Virus record (IMG/VR): IMGVR_UViG_3300010340_000989
Span: 100,997 to 164,996 of that record
Reading direction: 5' to 3' (one strand)
Source: a virus
Taxonomy: Duplodnaviria; Caudoviricetes
DNA length: 64,000 bases
The position numbers were made by a program, and so were the translations under genes. This document shows positions 20,041 to 29,445 of the stretch, piece after piece. The notes below the pieces were generated by a model. It searched no databases, was not told the DNA's origin, and saw nothing but the letters and a program-made list of their open reading frames with translations. Numbering within the stretch: the stretch's first letter is position 1; the number at the start of each line of letters is the position of its first letter.

Positions 20041-20391
20041 ATGAGAATAAAAAAATTTGAAAATTTTAGTCAAGAAGAGGAATATGATGGATTAAATTCA
20101 TCACAAGAAGAAGAGCTTTTTGAAATATTTAATGAGTGGGTAGATAAAAAATATCCGGATTTATCAAAAGAAGATTTGATAGAGAAATTTACACCAGGCA
20201 CTGATGAGTTTGTAGAGTTTTTATCAGAATTAGAAAATGAAACAGATTGGTTTGATTATACTCAAATTGATAAAATATATCAAGAAATATCTATATATAT
20301 AAATGATTTATATGAGGATGATACTGAATGGGATGATACTGAGTATGAAGATGGTGAAAACGATGATGATGGTGAAAACGATGAAGATTAA
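20041..20391 (+). CDS. Very acidic putative internal head protein
   Basis: MRIKKFENF; D/E-rich tail. Confidence 0.65.
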   Translation: MRIKKFENFSQEEEYDGLNSSQEEELFEIFNEWVDKKYPDLSKEDLIEKFTPGTDEFVEFLSELENETDWFDYTQIDKIYQEISIYINDLYEDDTEWDDTEYEDGENDDDGENDED

Positions 20392-20399
20392 TAATTATT

Positions 20400-20789
20400 A
20401 TGAAATATTTAAAAAGATTTGAAAGTGTAATTGATGATAATATCATTTCATCTTTAAAGGATATCTTTAAAGATTTAAGTGATGATATTTTTGATGTTTA
20501 TATTGAATATAAAACTTTTTTTGGTGAAAAAAAACCATTTTTAACCATATCTATTTATAAAAATTCTTCTGGTAAGGAAAATGCACCAGCAGAAGATATT
20601 TATTTATATGAAATAAAAGATTATATTAAAAGATCAATCGAATATCTAAGATCTGAGGGACTTGAACTCTCTACTGTGATTCCATATGGTAGTAGAAATT
20701 CCTTTATAGGAAGACGTGAGGAGGATGTAGAAAATTGGAATCCAGATGATATAGTAATGGCAATGAATGTATATTTTAAAGAAATATGA
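20400..20789 (+). CDS. Putative internal head protein, paralog 1
   Basis: MKYLKRFES; LKDIFKDLSDD; EIKDYIKR. Confidence 0.7.
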   Translation: MKYLKRFESVIDDNIISSLKDIFKDLSDDIFDVYIEYKTFFGEKKPFLTISIYKNSSGKENAPAEDIYLYEIKDYIKRSIEYLRSEGLELSTVIPYGSRNSFIGRREEDVENWNPDDIVMAMNVYFKEI

Positions 20790-21175
20790 AATATTTAAAA
20801 AGATTTGAGAATTTAAAAGAAGATAATTCAGAAATACTATCTGATTTAAAAGATATTTTATCTGATTTAACAGATGATGATTTTGATATAGAAATTATTG
20901 ATAAAGAAAAAAGAAAAAACCAGAGTGGTGATTGGGATAATATCCGTATTCGTTTTATTAAGATAAATGGTAGATACTGTACTGAATTTGAATTATCCGA
21001 AATAAAGGATTATGTTAAAAGAATCATTGTTTATATGAGAAATAATGATTTTAAACTTAAGTATATTTATGCTTTTAAACAGCAGAACATGTCCAAAGAT
21101 TTTAATCTAACAATTGATATTGATCAATGGGACTTAAATATGAAAGTTTTCGGTATTAATTTTTACTTCGATTAA
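20786..21175 (+). CDS. Putative internal head protein, paralog 2
   Basis: MKYLKRFEN; LKDILSDLTDD; EIKDYVKR. Confidence 0.7.
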   Translation: MKYLKRFENLKEDNSEILSDLKDILSDLTDDDFDIEIIDKEKRKNQSGDWDNIRIRFIKINGRYCTEFELSEIKDYVKRIIVYMRNNDFKLKYIYAFKQQNMSKDFNLTIDIDQWDLNMKVFGINFYFD

Positions 21176-21189
21176 ATAATAAATAGTTT

Positions 21190-21597
21190 ATGAAATATTT
21201 AAAAAGATTTGAGAAGTTAGAAGATAATTCAGAAATATTATCTGATTTACAGGATATTTTATCTGATTTAAAAGATGAATATTTTGACATTTCTATTTTA
21301 CCAGGAACTTGGAAGAACAATTATTGTATTATGATTGGATTTCTAAAAGATACAACAGGTGGAGTAGCTAAGGAATTTAAATTATCTGAAATAAAAGAAT
21401 ATATTGATAGATTAATAGAATATCTTCAATCTAATGGATATTATATTGAAGATATTGACGCTTTTGACTTATCCAAAAGTCTTAAATTTCCGGGTGATAA
21501 AGGATCAAACTTTGATTGTGTGGGTGCTTGGCCATGTATAAATGAGTGGGATTTAGATACTAAGGTTATTGGTATCAATTTTTATTTTAATAATTAA
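21190..21597 (+). CDS. Putative internal head protein, paralog 3
   Basis: MKYLKRFEK; LQDILSDLKD; first ~80 nt nearly identical to the gene at 20786. Confidence 0.7.
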   Translation: MKYLKRFEKLEDNSEILSDLQDILSDLKDEYFDISILPGTWKNNYCIMIGFLKDTTGGVAKEFKLSEIKEYIDRLIEYLQSNGYYIEDIDAFDLSKSLKFPGDKGSNFDCVGAWPCINEWDLDTKVIGINFYFNN

Positions 21598-21607
21598 TAT
21601 ATAAATT

Positions 21608-22108
21608 ATGAAACATTTAAAATCATTTAAACAGATATCAGAAGCAATTCGACCAGGATACATAAGTCAGAAGTCATTAGATAGAAACACAAAACCACCT
21701 AAATTTATAGGAGATATTAAACAACCTGTTGAAATAAGAATTGATGTTGAAGCTGTTGGTCATGCTCTTTCTAGACAATATAGACATGGTGTGACTGATA
21801 CTGATGGTAAAATTGAAGCTGGAATATCAAAAGATGAGATATTAGATACTATTGAGGCATCAGTTGAGGAAATAACAATTGCTCTTATGCAAGATAAATT
21901 TGATATCTATCAAAATGAGGATGATTATCCTACTCGTGGTGTTAGAGAAGGAGAACCAAATAGATTTGTTATTCGTAAAAAAAGTAATAATTTAAATATT
22001 GTTTGTCAATTAGAACCAGGTGATAATGAATTCACATTAACTGTTATTACGGTTATGAAAAAAGAGGATTTTAAACCATATAGAGGTCAATTTGTATTGG
22101 AAGTATGA
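21608..22108 (+). CDS. Tagged protein with possible DUF4258/RelE-like RNase fold
   Basis: MKHLKSFKQISE; HALSRQYRHG...ISKDEI...LTVITVM pattern; TAATATATA 21595-21603. Confidence 0.5.
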   Translation: MKHLKSFKQISEAIRPGYISQKSLDRNTKPPKFIGDIKQPVEIRIDVEAVGHALSRQYRHGVTDTDGKIEAGISKDEILDTIEASVEEITIALMQDKFDIYQNEDDYPTRGVREGEPNRFVIRKKSNNLNIVCQLEPGDNEFTLTVITVMKKEDFKPYRGQFVLEV

Positions 22109-22896
22109 AGCATTTAAAAAGATATAATTCAGTAAATGAAAACTCTGTAAGATTGGCAGCTGATATTTTTTTTAGTGGAAAGGATGGTGATTGGATGTCT
22201 GGAATAAATGAACCATTTTTAATAAAAGAATGTAGTATTATATTTCCAGATTCTACAATCATGGTCTTCAACGTTCTAAAAGAAGACTTTGACTCTGAAT
22301 TTTTGAATTTAAAAATTTCACCTAAACAGGACTATACTAATATAAATTCTGTATTCTATCTATCGATTTATGGTGATAATATTCAATTTGAAAGTTTAAA
22401 TGAATATAAATTTGTCAGAAAATATCTTACAAAAGCTGACATATTAGAACACACGTTTGATGCATATATCTATTCTGACAACCATAATGGTGCATTCGAA
22501 ATAAAATTAAATATTCTTTCACCGATTGATATAGGTTCAATGATAATGAGACCAGGGATAATTGGATTTCATAATAATTTAATGAAATCCAATACTAAAA
22601 CATTTGTTGAAAAAAATAAAAATTGGAAATCCGATATTACAAATTTCTTTGATGATTATACAAAAATTCAAGCTCTATATAGTATGATTGAAAATAAAAT
22701 AGATTCTGAATCTATTTTTGAAATTAAACCATGTGATATTAAAATAATAGATAATTTAACAATAGATGGTGCATTATATCTTAAAAATATACTTAGTGGA
22801 ATAAAAAATATTGAAATTTTAAAAGAAATTTTAAGAGATTGCAACTCAAATATTGAATCAAATAAATATTTAAAATTAATTGAAGAATTTTTATGA
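22105..22896 (+). CDS. Putative internal head protein
   Basis: MKHLKRYNSVNE; ATGA coupling. Confidence 0.65.
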   Translation: MKHLKRYNSVNENSVRLAADIFFSGKDGDWMSGINEPFLIKECSIIFPDSTIMVFNVLKEDFDSEFLNLKISPKQDYTNINSVFYLSIYGDNIQFESLNEYKFVRKYLTKADILEHTFDAYIYSDNHNGAFEIKLNILSPIDIGSMIMRPGIIGFHNNLMKSNTKTFVEKNKNWKSDITNFFDDYTKIQALYSMIENKIDSESIFEIKPCDIKIIDNLTIDGALYLKNILSGIKNIEILKEILRDCNSNIESNKYLKLIEEFL

Positions 22897-23576
22897 AACA
22901 CTTAAAAAGATTTAATCTAATTAAAGAGTCACATTCTCAAGAAAATGACGTGGATATTATTATTGATTCTGTGCAAGATTTTTTAGATGATGATAGAAAT
23001 ATATTATTTAAATCATCAATTGATGATATGACACATCAAGACTATATTGATAAGAATTCAAACTATTTAGGGTTTAAACCAATTGTAAATACTGGAAGTT
23101 TGATTAGAGGTCATTTTATTATGGTATTTCGAGATATAAAAGATTATTCAGATTTCTTATTAATTAATAACCAAATGCAATCAGTTTTTGGTAGATTAAA
23201 AGATGAAGATTGGACAATGTATGATATGAAACTTAGAACTTCTCCTCCACTAAATAATCAAGGTGATGCTAGATTCATATACTTAGCTTTTTATTTTTCA
23301 AAACCTGATCAGAAATTAGATGAAAAATTTAAATGGCCAGATGAAAAAGATTTGAAAGAAATTTTTGAAAAATATGGATTAATTAATCTATATTTTGATT
23401 ATTATAAACCTTCTCGTTCAGACGGTCCAGTTGAAGTAACAATAGAATTTGATTCTACAAGCTACGATGGTAAAGTTACTGAAAACGCTGAAGAGCTTTT
23501 TGAATTAGTTTGTAATAGATTTGGATTTAGTAGTTATAATTATAGTTTTGGTGATTATAGAGTGACTTTGGTTTAA
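22893..23576 (+). CDS. Putative internal head protein (DxD family)
   Basis: MKHLKRFNLIKE; IDSVQDFLDD; ATGA coupling. Confidence 0.65.
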   Translation: MKHLKRFNLIKESHSQENDVDIIIDSVQDFLDDDRNILFKSSIDDMTHQDYIDKNSNYLGFKPIVNTGSLIRGHFIMVFRDIKDYSDFLLINNQMQSVFGRLKDEDWTMYDMKLRTSPPLNNQGDARFIYLAFYFSKPDQKLDEKFKWPDEKDLKEIFEKYGLINLYFDYYKPSRSDGPVEVTIEFDSTSYDGKVTENAEELFELVCNRFGFSSYNYSFGDYRVTLV

Positions 23577-24118
23577 ATCCATTTAACTTGATTAAAACAA
23601 CTTAAATCAGTTCCACCACCATAAGATATAGAACTTTGAATACACTCTTCCAGATACTTCATTTCGTCTAAAATAGAACGATCTTTATAGTCGATTAGTA
23701 ATTTAGTTCCCTCAATCCGGTTAGATTTCCCAGATTGAAACTGTGAGGCAGATCCCCAGAATTCTTTTTTATTCTTTCCATCAACATTAACAAGATGCCC
23801 AGGTGAATCTTTAAAACCTGATAACATTCCACCAACCATAACCATGGTTGCTCCTAAAACTAAACTTTTTGAAATATCACCAGGTACTCTAATACCACCA
23901 TCTGCGATAATAGGTTTTTTAGCCACCCTAGAACAATCTTGAATAGTTGATGCTTGACAATTTCTTGATCCGAATCCAGTAGATGGCCAAGTTGTGCATG
24001 CTGAATTATGAACAATTACACATTCTATATTATATGATTCATCATCTTCAACACTTAAATCAATAACTTCTCCAATATAATTTATTTTTTCAATACTTTC
24101 TATTTCAATAAATTCCAT
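23573..24118 (-). CDS. guaC: Split intein C-fragment (38 aa, ends VVHN-like IVHN) fused to the C-terminal half of GMP reductase
   Basis: VIDLSVEDDESYN..VIVHN|SACTT; KPIIADGGIR, GATMVMVG, GSAS, SSISYGGG. Confidence 0.9.
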   Translation of the reverse strand: MEFIEIESIEKINYIGEVIDLSVEDDESYNIECVIVHNSACTTWPSTGFGSRNCQASTIQDCSRVAKKPIIADGGIRVPGDISKSLVLGATMVMVGGMLSGFKDSPGHLVNVDGKNKKEFWGSASQFQSGKSNRIEGTKLLIDYKDRSILDEMKYLEECIQSSISYGGGTDLSCFNQVKWI

Positions 24119-25031
24119 AATTTTTTAATATTTTTTTATAATTATTATTTTTAATATCTGTTTCCCAGATACACAAAATATTATATCCATTATCAATGGA
24201 ATATTTTGATTTTAGTTCATCAAGATTAACTTTATATCTTTGAGTCTCATTTAGTTTTCTTTTTGAAGAATCATCATCTGAATAATATAATGGATTGGCA
24301 TGCCAATAATCACCGTGTGTCTCTATTATTAATTTTATATCTTTTATAAAAAAATCAAATTGATATAGATTATTTAAAATAAAATTATATTTAAAGTCAA
24401 TATTTATTTCCTTTAAATATTGTTCAACTTTTTTTTCTATTGATGTTTTTCTATATTTTTTTAGATGTGAATTTATTATCATATTTCGATGATGCTCTGG
24501 ATGTTCTGATAACCATTTTGACTTATTTAATCTAAATTCTATAAGTTTTTTATCTGCTATAATTTTACCATATTTATCTAACCAAATATTATAAAATGAT
24601 TTACCAAACATTCCATTTTCTTGTCCTATTTTTTTTGATTTATTCTTATGTTCCTCTAAAAGTTTAAGTGACTCTTCCTCACCATATTTCTCTAACCAAA
24701 CATCATAAAATGATTTACCAAACATATAGTTTTTTTTACCTGACATTTGATTACTTCTTTTAATTTTTCTATCTTCTTTCCATTTTTTACCAAATTGATT
24801 ATTTTTCTCACCAATTTGGCGACAGGATCTACATAAAAATTCTTTCTTAATTAAATATTCCTTAGCTGGAATTGAATTCCAAATTGATGATTTTTTACAT
24901 GAATTACACACAATCTCAACTTTACATTTGGACCTTTTAACTTTTAAACCATCAATAAAAAATAATCCACCACTTTCATTTATTTCTGAAATTATTTTTC
25001 CATCTACTCTAATTTCTATTAGTATTCTCAT
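24105..25031 (-). mobile_element. Free-standing Vsr/DUF559-like (PD-D/ExK) homing endonuclease between the split-intein halves
   Basis: TSIEKKV, QFDF, IIETHGDYWH, IWETDI; two NxMFGKSFYxxWLxKYG repeats; late motif 25036-25044. Confidence 0.8.
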
Positions 25032-25059
25032 ATTTTATATATTAAGAACACCATTCTTC

Positions 25060-25881
25060 CTATTCACACTTTATCAAAAGGTGTTTATTTTTATCCAAGT
25101 CTTTTGATTTAACCCAAAATGCAAATTCTGATAAATTTTCATCATTTACTAATTCTCTTTTTGATTTTTCAATAACATAAAATTCATGTGTTTCAGTGCA
25201 AGGTGGTAAATTATTAATTTTTAATAATTCTTGTTCTCCATAATAAATATGTTTATCTATAACTTTCTTATATCTATTTTTATGTGTTAGAACTGAATCC
25301 CCGATTAAAATATTTTGTAAAGACTTTAATCCTTCGATTGTTTTAACTTCTGATGTCGGAATAAAACATCCCGGGCCGATCCCCACTTTAACTGCATCAG
25401 CTCCCCAAATTTCAAGTTCCATTACAGCGGTACTAGATGAAACATTTCCTGCAATTACAAAAGTGTTTGGTAGATTTTCTTTAATATATCTTATCATTTT
25501 CTCCATTTTTACGGAATGGCCATGAGCAATATCAATTGTTATAAAATCTGGTTCTAGAAAAGTGGATTTAAATTCATCTACAATTTTATATGAATCTTCA
25601 TTAACACCAAGTGATATTGATGATACTAATCCCAGTGTTTTCATCTGGAAAGTGAAAATGACAGGATTAATTTTAAATCTATGAATTATATAGAAGTAAC
25701 CATTTTCTGCTAGTTTTATAGCTACATTTTCATCGATAACACATTCCATATTAGCTGGAATAACCGGAATTTTAAATTTAAAATTTCCAAGTTTTACTGA
25801 AGTGTCGCATTCACTTCTTGAATTAACAACACACTTCCGTGGAACAAGATTTATTTGTTCAAAATCAAATTTCTGATACAT
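25060..25881 (-). CDS. guaC: GMP reductase N-terminal half fused to split intein N-fragment (102 aa)
   Basis: [33 protein letters not shown]|CFIPTSEV...CTETHEF; start moved to ATG 25881. Confidence 0.9.
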   Translation of the reverse strand: MYQKFDFEQINLVPRKCVVNSRSECDTSVKLGNFKFKIPVIPANMECVIDENVAIKLAENGYFYIIHRFKINPVIFTFQMKTLGLVSSISLGVNEDSYKIVDEFKSTFLEPDFITIDIAHGHSVKMEKMIRYIKENLPNTFVIAGNVSSSTAVMELEIWGADAVKVGIGPGCFIPTSEVKTIEGLKSLQNILIGDSVLTHKNRYKKVIDKHIYYGEQELLKINNLPPCTETHEFYVIEKSKRELVNDENLSEFAFWVKSKDLDKNKHLLIKCE

Positions 25882-25882
25882 C

Positions 25883-26197
25883 TTAGTAGAAAATATATTT
25901 TTTATTATCATCAACGATACAATACATGGATATTGGATAAATTTTAGGATTTTCACCAGTATCATCAACTATGAATCTACATGAACCATCGATTAAATCA
26001 TTATTCATGATTTTAATAGTGGCATTATTAAGTCCTTTAACAACAGTATAAAGTATGTCATCCACTTCAGGAGTAATTTCAACATAATTATGTTGTGTTA
26101 GTAACTTACCAAGATACCCTTCTTCAAAATAAGCCTTTTGAATAACTTTCTTTAGTTCTTTATTATTTGAGAATTCAATTTTAATTTCGCTTTTCAT
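25883..26197 (-). CDS. Hypothetical protein
   Basis: 104-aa ORF directly upstream of guaC-N. Confidence 0.7.
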   Translation of the reverse strand: MKSEIKIEFSNNKELKKVIQKAYFEEGYLGKLLTQHNYVEITPEVDDILYTVVKGLNNATIKIMNNDLIDGSCRFIVDDTGENPKIYPISMYCIVDDNKKYIFY

Positions 26198-26219
26198 AGT
26201 TTTTTAATAGTTAGACACA

Positions 26220-26247
26220 TTTATAATGTAAATAAGTCAGAAAGTTT
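26220..26247 (-). promoter_or_regulatory. Putative middle-class promoter AAAC-N18-TATAAA for the guaC operon
   Basis: Motif embedded in the last codons of the upstream gene. Confidence 0.55.
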
Positions 26248-26577
26248 TAAGTCTCTTAAAATCATCTGAGATTTAATCTCAGTCACTTCTAACGCATCTA
26301 CCTCAAGTTTAATAATTTTATGGTCTCTATTATCAGATAATCCTCTTATAGAAGAAATAGAAAATTTTGCGTTATAAAAAACATTATCTATCTTATAGAT
26401 AACGTCTTTGAATTTTTTACCTTTCAATCCAATAAAATGTATATTAGATGGACATTTTATTTTAATAGAATAATAATATGTAGAGTAGCTTGACCATTTA
26501 TTTCTTACTTCTTTAAAATTTTTAAATTTTTCCAAAACTTCAAATTTTTCAAATCCAGAAAATTGTATCCAGTTCAT
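26221..26577 (-). CDS. Hypothetical protein with C-terminal RxxKL tag
   Basis: Ends MILRDLKLSDLFTL. Confidence 0.7.
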   Translation of the reverse strand: MNWIQFSGFEKFEVLEKFKNFKEVRNKWSSYSTYYYSIKIKCPSNIHFIGLKGKKFKDVIYKIDNVFYNAKFSISSIRGLSDNRDHKIIKLEVDALEVTEIKSQMILRDLKLSDLFTL

Positions 26578-26781
26578 AATATTTTACTTAGTTTATATTC
26601 ACGAATATATTGAGTAACAACAGTTTTAAAATCTTTATGCTTTAAAGATATCTCAATTAAAGCTGTTATGCTTCTTTAACGTTTGCTGCATATAATGGCG
26701 CAACTCATCCAATCTATCGTTTTCAATAGCTCCAAATATTAGTGAATTTAGATGTTCTATATTTCTATGCTTTTTTATCAT
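26574..26781 (-). pseudogene. Frameshifted small gene (42-aa N part, C part ends IREYKLSKIL)
   Basis: ATG 26781 to TGA 26653; the +1 frame continues to a TGA overlapping the next ATG; TAnnTTTG at 26790-26797. Confidence 0.55.
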
Positions 26782-26904
26782 AATCAAAGCAAAAATACAA
26801 AATATTTCTCACAAATAAAAATATTACTATTTAATAATAAAATATATAGTATATGATGGAAATTGTATATTATACAAGGCTTTCAATAAAAATTAAGAAT
26901 ACCT

Positions 26905-27828
26905 ATGAAAAATATTCTAATACTAATATTATCTTTGTTTAGTCTAGCTTCATATTCACAAACCTTTTATGGGTATGAGGTATGTGATTTTAACCAAGGT
27001 TTAACAAATATTGGAACATCTGTTCCAATAAATAGATCAAATGTAAATAATGCTTTAGGTATGCCACAAAATACTGATATTGAAACTGGTATTATTAACT
27101 TTTTATCTTTAGGATTTGGTGGTGAGATTACTTTGAAAATTTCAAATAAAATTGAGATAACACCTATAACAACATTAAATATCTATGAAACAACTTATGG
27201 ATATACAAGTTGTGGAGTCTATAATGAAGAAGCAAATGTTTATATATCAAAAGATAATGTAAATTTTTTTCTATTAGGTGAAACGTGTTTAAATAATAAT
27301 ACAGTATTTAATCTGTCAGAAACTGGATTAGATTCTATGATGTATGTAAAAATCGTAGATATAAGTGATGTATCTAAATTTTCAGATTTTAATTTCATAA
27401 GTGATGGATATGATTTAGATGGTATAGTTATCCTAGATATAGGGCCCTTACCAATTGTTCTTAAATATTTTGATGTTAATTATAATGATAATAATTTACA
27501 TGTTAAATTTACTACATCATCAGAATCAAATACTGATAAATTTATCATTCAATCATCTATTGATGCTGATATATTTGAAGATATTTGTGATTTAAAAGCC
27601 GCTGGATATTCATCATTTGATAGATATTATGATAGAAAATTAATCTTCGAACCCAAAAGTAACATAACATATTTCAGACTTGTTGAATTAGATTATAATG
27701 GTGAATATTATTATTTTGATATTATACCAGTAAATACTGAGAAATCTATAATTGACAACTATTATTATGACCTATTAGGAAGAAGAGTTACTGACGATTC
27801 TGTATTTAAAATAAAAAGTAAATTTTAA
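26905..27828 (+). CDS. Secreted Bacteroidetes-type surface protein
   Basis: Signal peptide; SLGFGG...DGYDLDG domain; PLPIVLKYF beta-sandwich; YYDLLGR tail. Confidence 0.7.
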   Translation: MKNILILILSLFSLASYSQTFYGYEVCDFNQGLTNIGTSVPINRSNVNNALGMPQNTDIETGIINFLSLGFGGEITLKISNKIEITPITTLNIYETTYGYTSCGVYNEEANVYISKDNVNFFLLGETCLNNNTVFNLSETGLDSMMYVKIVDISDVSKFSDFNFISDGYDLDGIVILDIGPLPIVLKYFDVNYNDNNLHVKFTTSSESNTDKFIIQSSIDADIFEDICDLKAAGYSSFDRYYDRKLIFEPKSNITYFRLVELDYNGEYYYFDIIPVNTEKSIIDNYYYDLLGRRVTDDSVFKIKSKF

Positions 27829-27858
27829 TATATAGAGGATATAAATTAATAATTAATT

Positions 27859-28440
27859 ATGGAAATAACAGGATGTAGAGTAAATTACGGATCAAGTGCA
27901 AAAAAGGAGCTTTTTGAACTCTTACCAAGATCAATAGAAAGAATGATAAATGGTAATGTTGGTCAAAGTTTTGATTTCAGAATATCATTATCTATTAACG
28001 GTAGAAATACATCTGCTGTTAAATCATTTGGACCTGATTTTGAGGAAACTGATGATTTTGAAATGTTAAAAGGGAAAACCATTCCTGTAACTGGTAATCG
28101 TAAAGTTGTTGCTTTTGGTCTTAAATTTAATGAGGATGGTACAATAAATGTTGTATCAGCTGATGAAATTCCAAGTAATGAAGGAGCTTTACCGAGAGAA
28201 TCAACTGTTAAGCAATTAGAAAAGATTAGAAAAGCAACTAAATCAACAACAATTGATGATAGAGTTCCAAAGCTTAAAGGTGCTAATTTAGGATCTGAAA
28301 AGAATTTTGTTGATTCGGGAATCGAATCATATGAAGATTTTCAAAAGAAAAATAAGTCTTTTGTTCCATCTTGGAATTTGAAACACTTAAAAAGTCCTTT
28401 TAAAGTATCAGTTAAAAATATAAAATTTCAAAATAAATAA
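27859..28440 (+). CDS. Hypothetical late protein
   Basis: 193-aa ORF; TAATATATA 27826-27834. Confidence 0.7.
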   Translation: MEITGCRVNYGSSAKKELFELLPRSIERMINGNVGQSFDFRISLSINGRNTSAVKSFGPDFEETDDFEMLKGKTIPVTGNRKVVAFGLKFNEDGTINVVSADEIPSNEGALPRESTVKQLEKIRKATKSTTIDDRVPKLKGANLGSEKNFVDSGIESYEDFQKKNKSFVPSWNLKHLKSPFKVSVKNIKFQNK

Positions 28441-28785
28441 TTACTTCCAAAAAGATTGAATTAAAACAATTAAAAAACACAATCCTAAACAGATTGTGTT
28501 TTTTGTATTTATACCCTCTCCTATAAGATAGTAATTTAATGTAGTAAATATAATAATACCCATTACAAATTGTAGAATTCTTAAAGACCAAAAATTTCCG
28601 AATCCTTCAACTCCAAATTTTGTAGAATAATAATACATCAAAGTAATAGGAATGCCTGTTAAACAAACTAGAAAAATATTATTTTTAAAAAAATCATATT
28701 TAAATTGACCAAACATTTGAAACCAAGTAATTATTTGCGCAAGAAATAGAATACCGATACATAAAAATATTTTAGATAAATTCAC
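28441..28785 (-). CDS. Small four-TM membrane protein (DMT/SMR-like topology)
   Basis: Four hydrophobic segments; GTG start. Confidence 0.65.
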   Translation of the reverse strand: MNLSKIFLCIGILFLAQIITWFQMFGQFKYDFFKNNIFLVCLTGIPITLMYYYSTKFGVEGFGNFWSLRILQFVMGIIIFTTLNYYLIGEGINTKNTICLGLCFLIVLIQSFWK

Positions 28786-28817
28786 AATCTTTCTATTTAA
28801 AATTTAATAAATAGTTT

Positions 28818-29357
28818 ATGATGAAAACGTATTTAGAATTTATTAAAGAATCTAAAAAATATACCGGTGCAGGGTGTGTTATGATAGATTTCAATTTTGA
28901 AAATTGGGATGAGTTATTAGAATCAATTGTTGAAGATGACATCTATGAAGAAGATGGTAAAAACTACGGATTACAACCACGACCACATTTAACATTACTA
29001 TATGGTATTCTACCTGAAGTCACCGATGAACAAATTTTAGAATGTTTTAAGGGATTTACAGAAGATGATTTTAAAATTGAGATTAATGGAATTTCTATAT
29101 TTGATACAAATAATAATTTTGATGTTGTTAAGTTAGGTGTTAAATTAACTCAACAACTGAAAGAAATAAATAAAAGATTATCAGATCTTCCAAACTCTAA
29201 TCAATATTCAGAGTATATACCACACATCACTTTATCTTTTATTAAAAAGGGTAAAGGTGGGAAATATATTGACCCTGATTATAAATATAATGTTAAAGAA
29301 ATAAAAAGCATAATCTATTCAAGACCGGATGGAAGTGAATTTAAAATAAATCTCTAA
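28818..29357 (+). CDS. 2H phosphoesterase, Acb1/T4 gp57B-like, with capsid-targeting-like N-terminus
   Basis: Two HxT motifs PHLTLLYG and YIPHITLSF; starts MMKTYLEFIKE. Confidence 0.8.
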   Translation: MMKTYLEFIKESKKYTGAGCVMIDFNFENWDELLESIVEDDIYEEDGKNYGLQPRPHLTLLYGILPEVTDEQILECFKGFTEDDFKIEINGISIFDTNNNFDVVKLGVKLTQQLKEINKRLSDLPNSNQYSEYIPHITLSFIKKGKGGKYIDPDYKYNVKEIKSIIYSRPDGSEFKINL

Positions 29358-29363
29358 TTAAAT

Positions 29364-29391
29364 AAACTTTTTAAACCTATAAAGATATAAT
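29364..29391 (+). promoter_or_regulatory. Putative middle-class promoter AAAC-N18-TATAAT
   Basis: Upstream of the SSB gene. Confidence 0.65.
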
Positions 29392-29445
29392 ATTTAATTG
29401 AATTATCCAAAAGGTAGTTCAATAATAAAAAAATTAAATGAAATT

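Larger units (their letters stand above)
20400..21212 (+). repeat. 23-nt direct repeat ATGAAATATTTAAAAAGATTTGA at three consecutive gene starts (20400, 20786, 21190); one-mismatch copy at 54328
   Basis: Read directly from sequence. Confidence 0.85.

Noticed and set aside
18746-23576. Diversity-generating retroelement acting on the paralog array
   Set aside because: No reverse transcriptase in the window, and differences between paralogs are not adenine-specific
24105-25059. Group I intron around the endonuclease in guaC
   Set aside because: Only a 28-nt gap on one side and an overlap on the other, so no room for a ribozyme core; split-intein motifs explain the layout
26220-26247. C-terminal RxxKL tag being a by-product of an overlapping promoter (AAA CTT)
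   Set aside because: The overlap was seen at this gene only; the copy checked at 63419 lacks the N18-TATAA element and other copies use different codons
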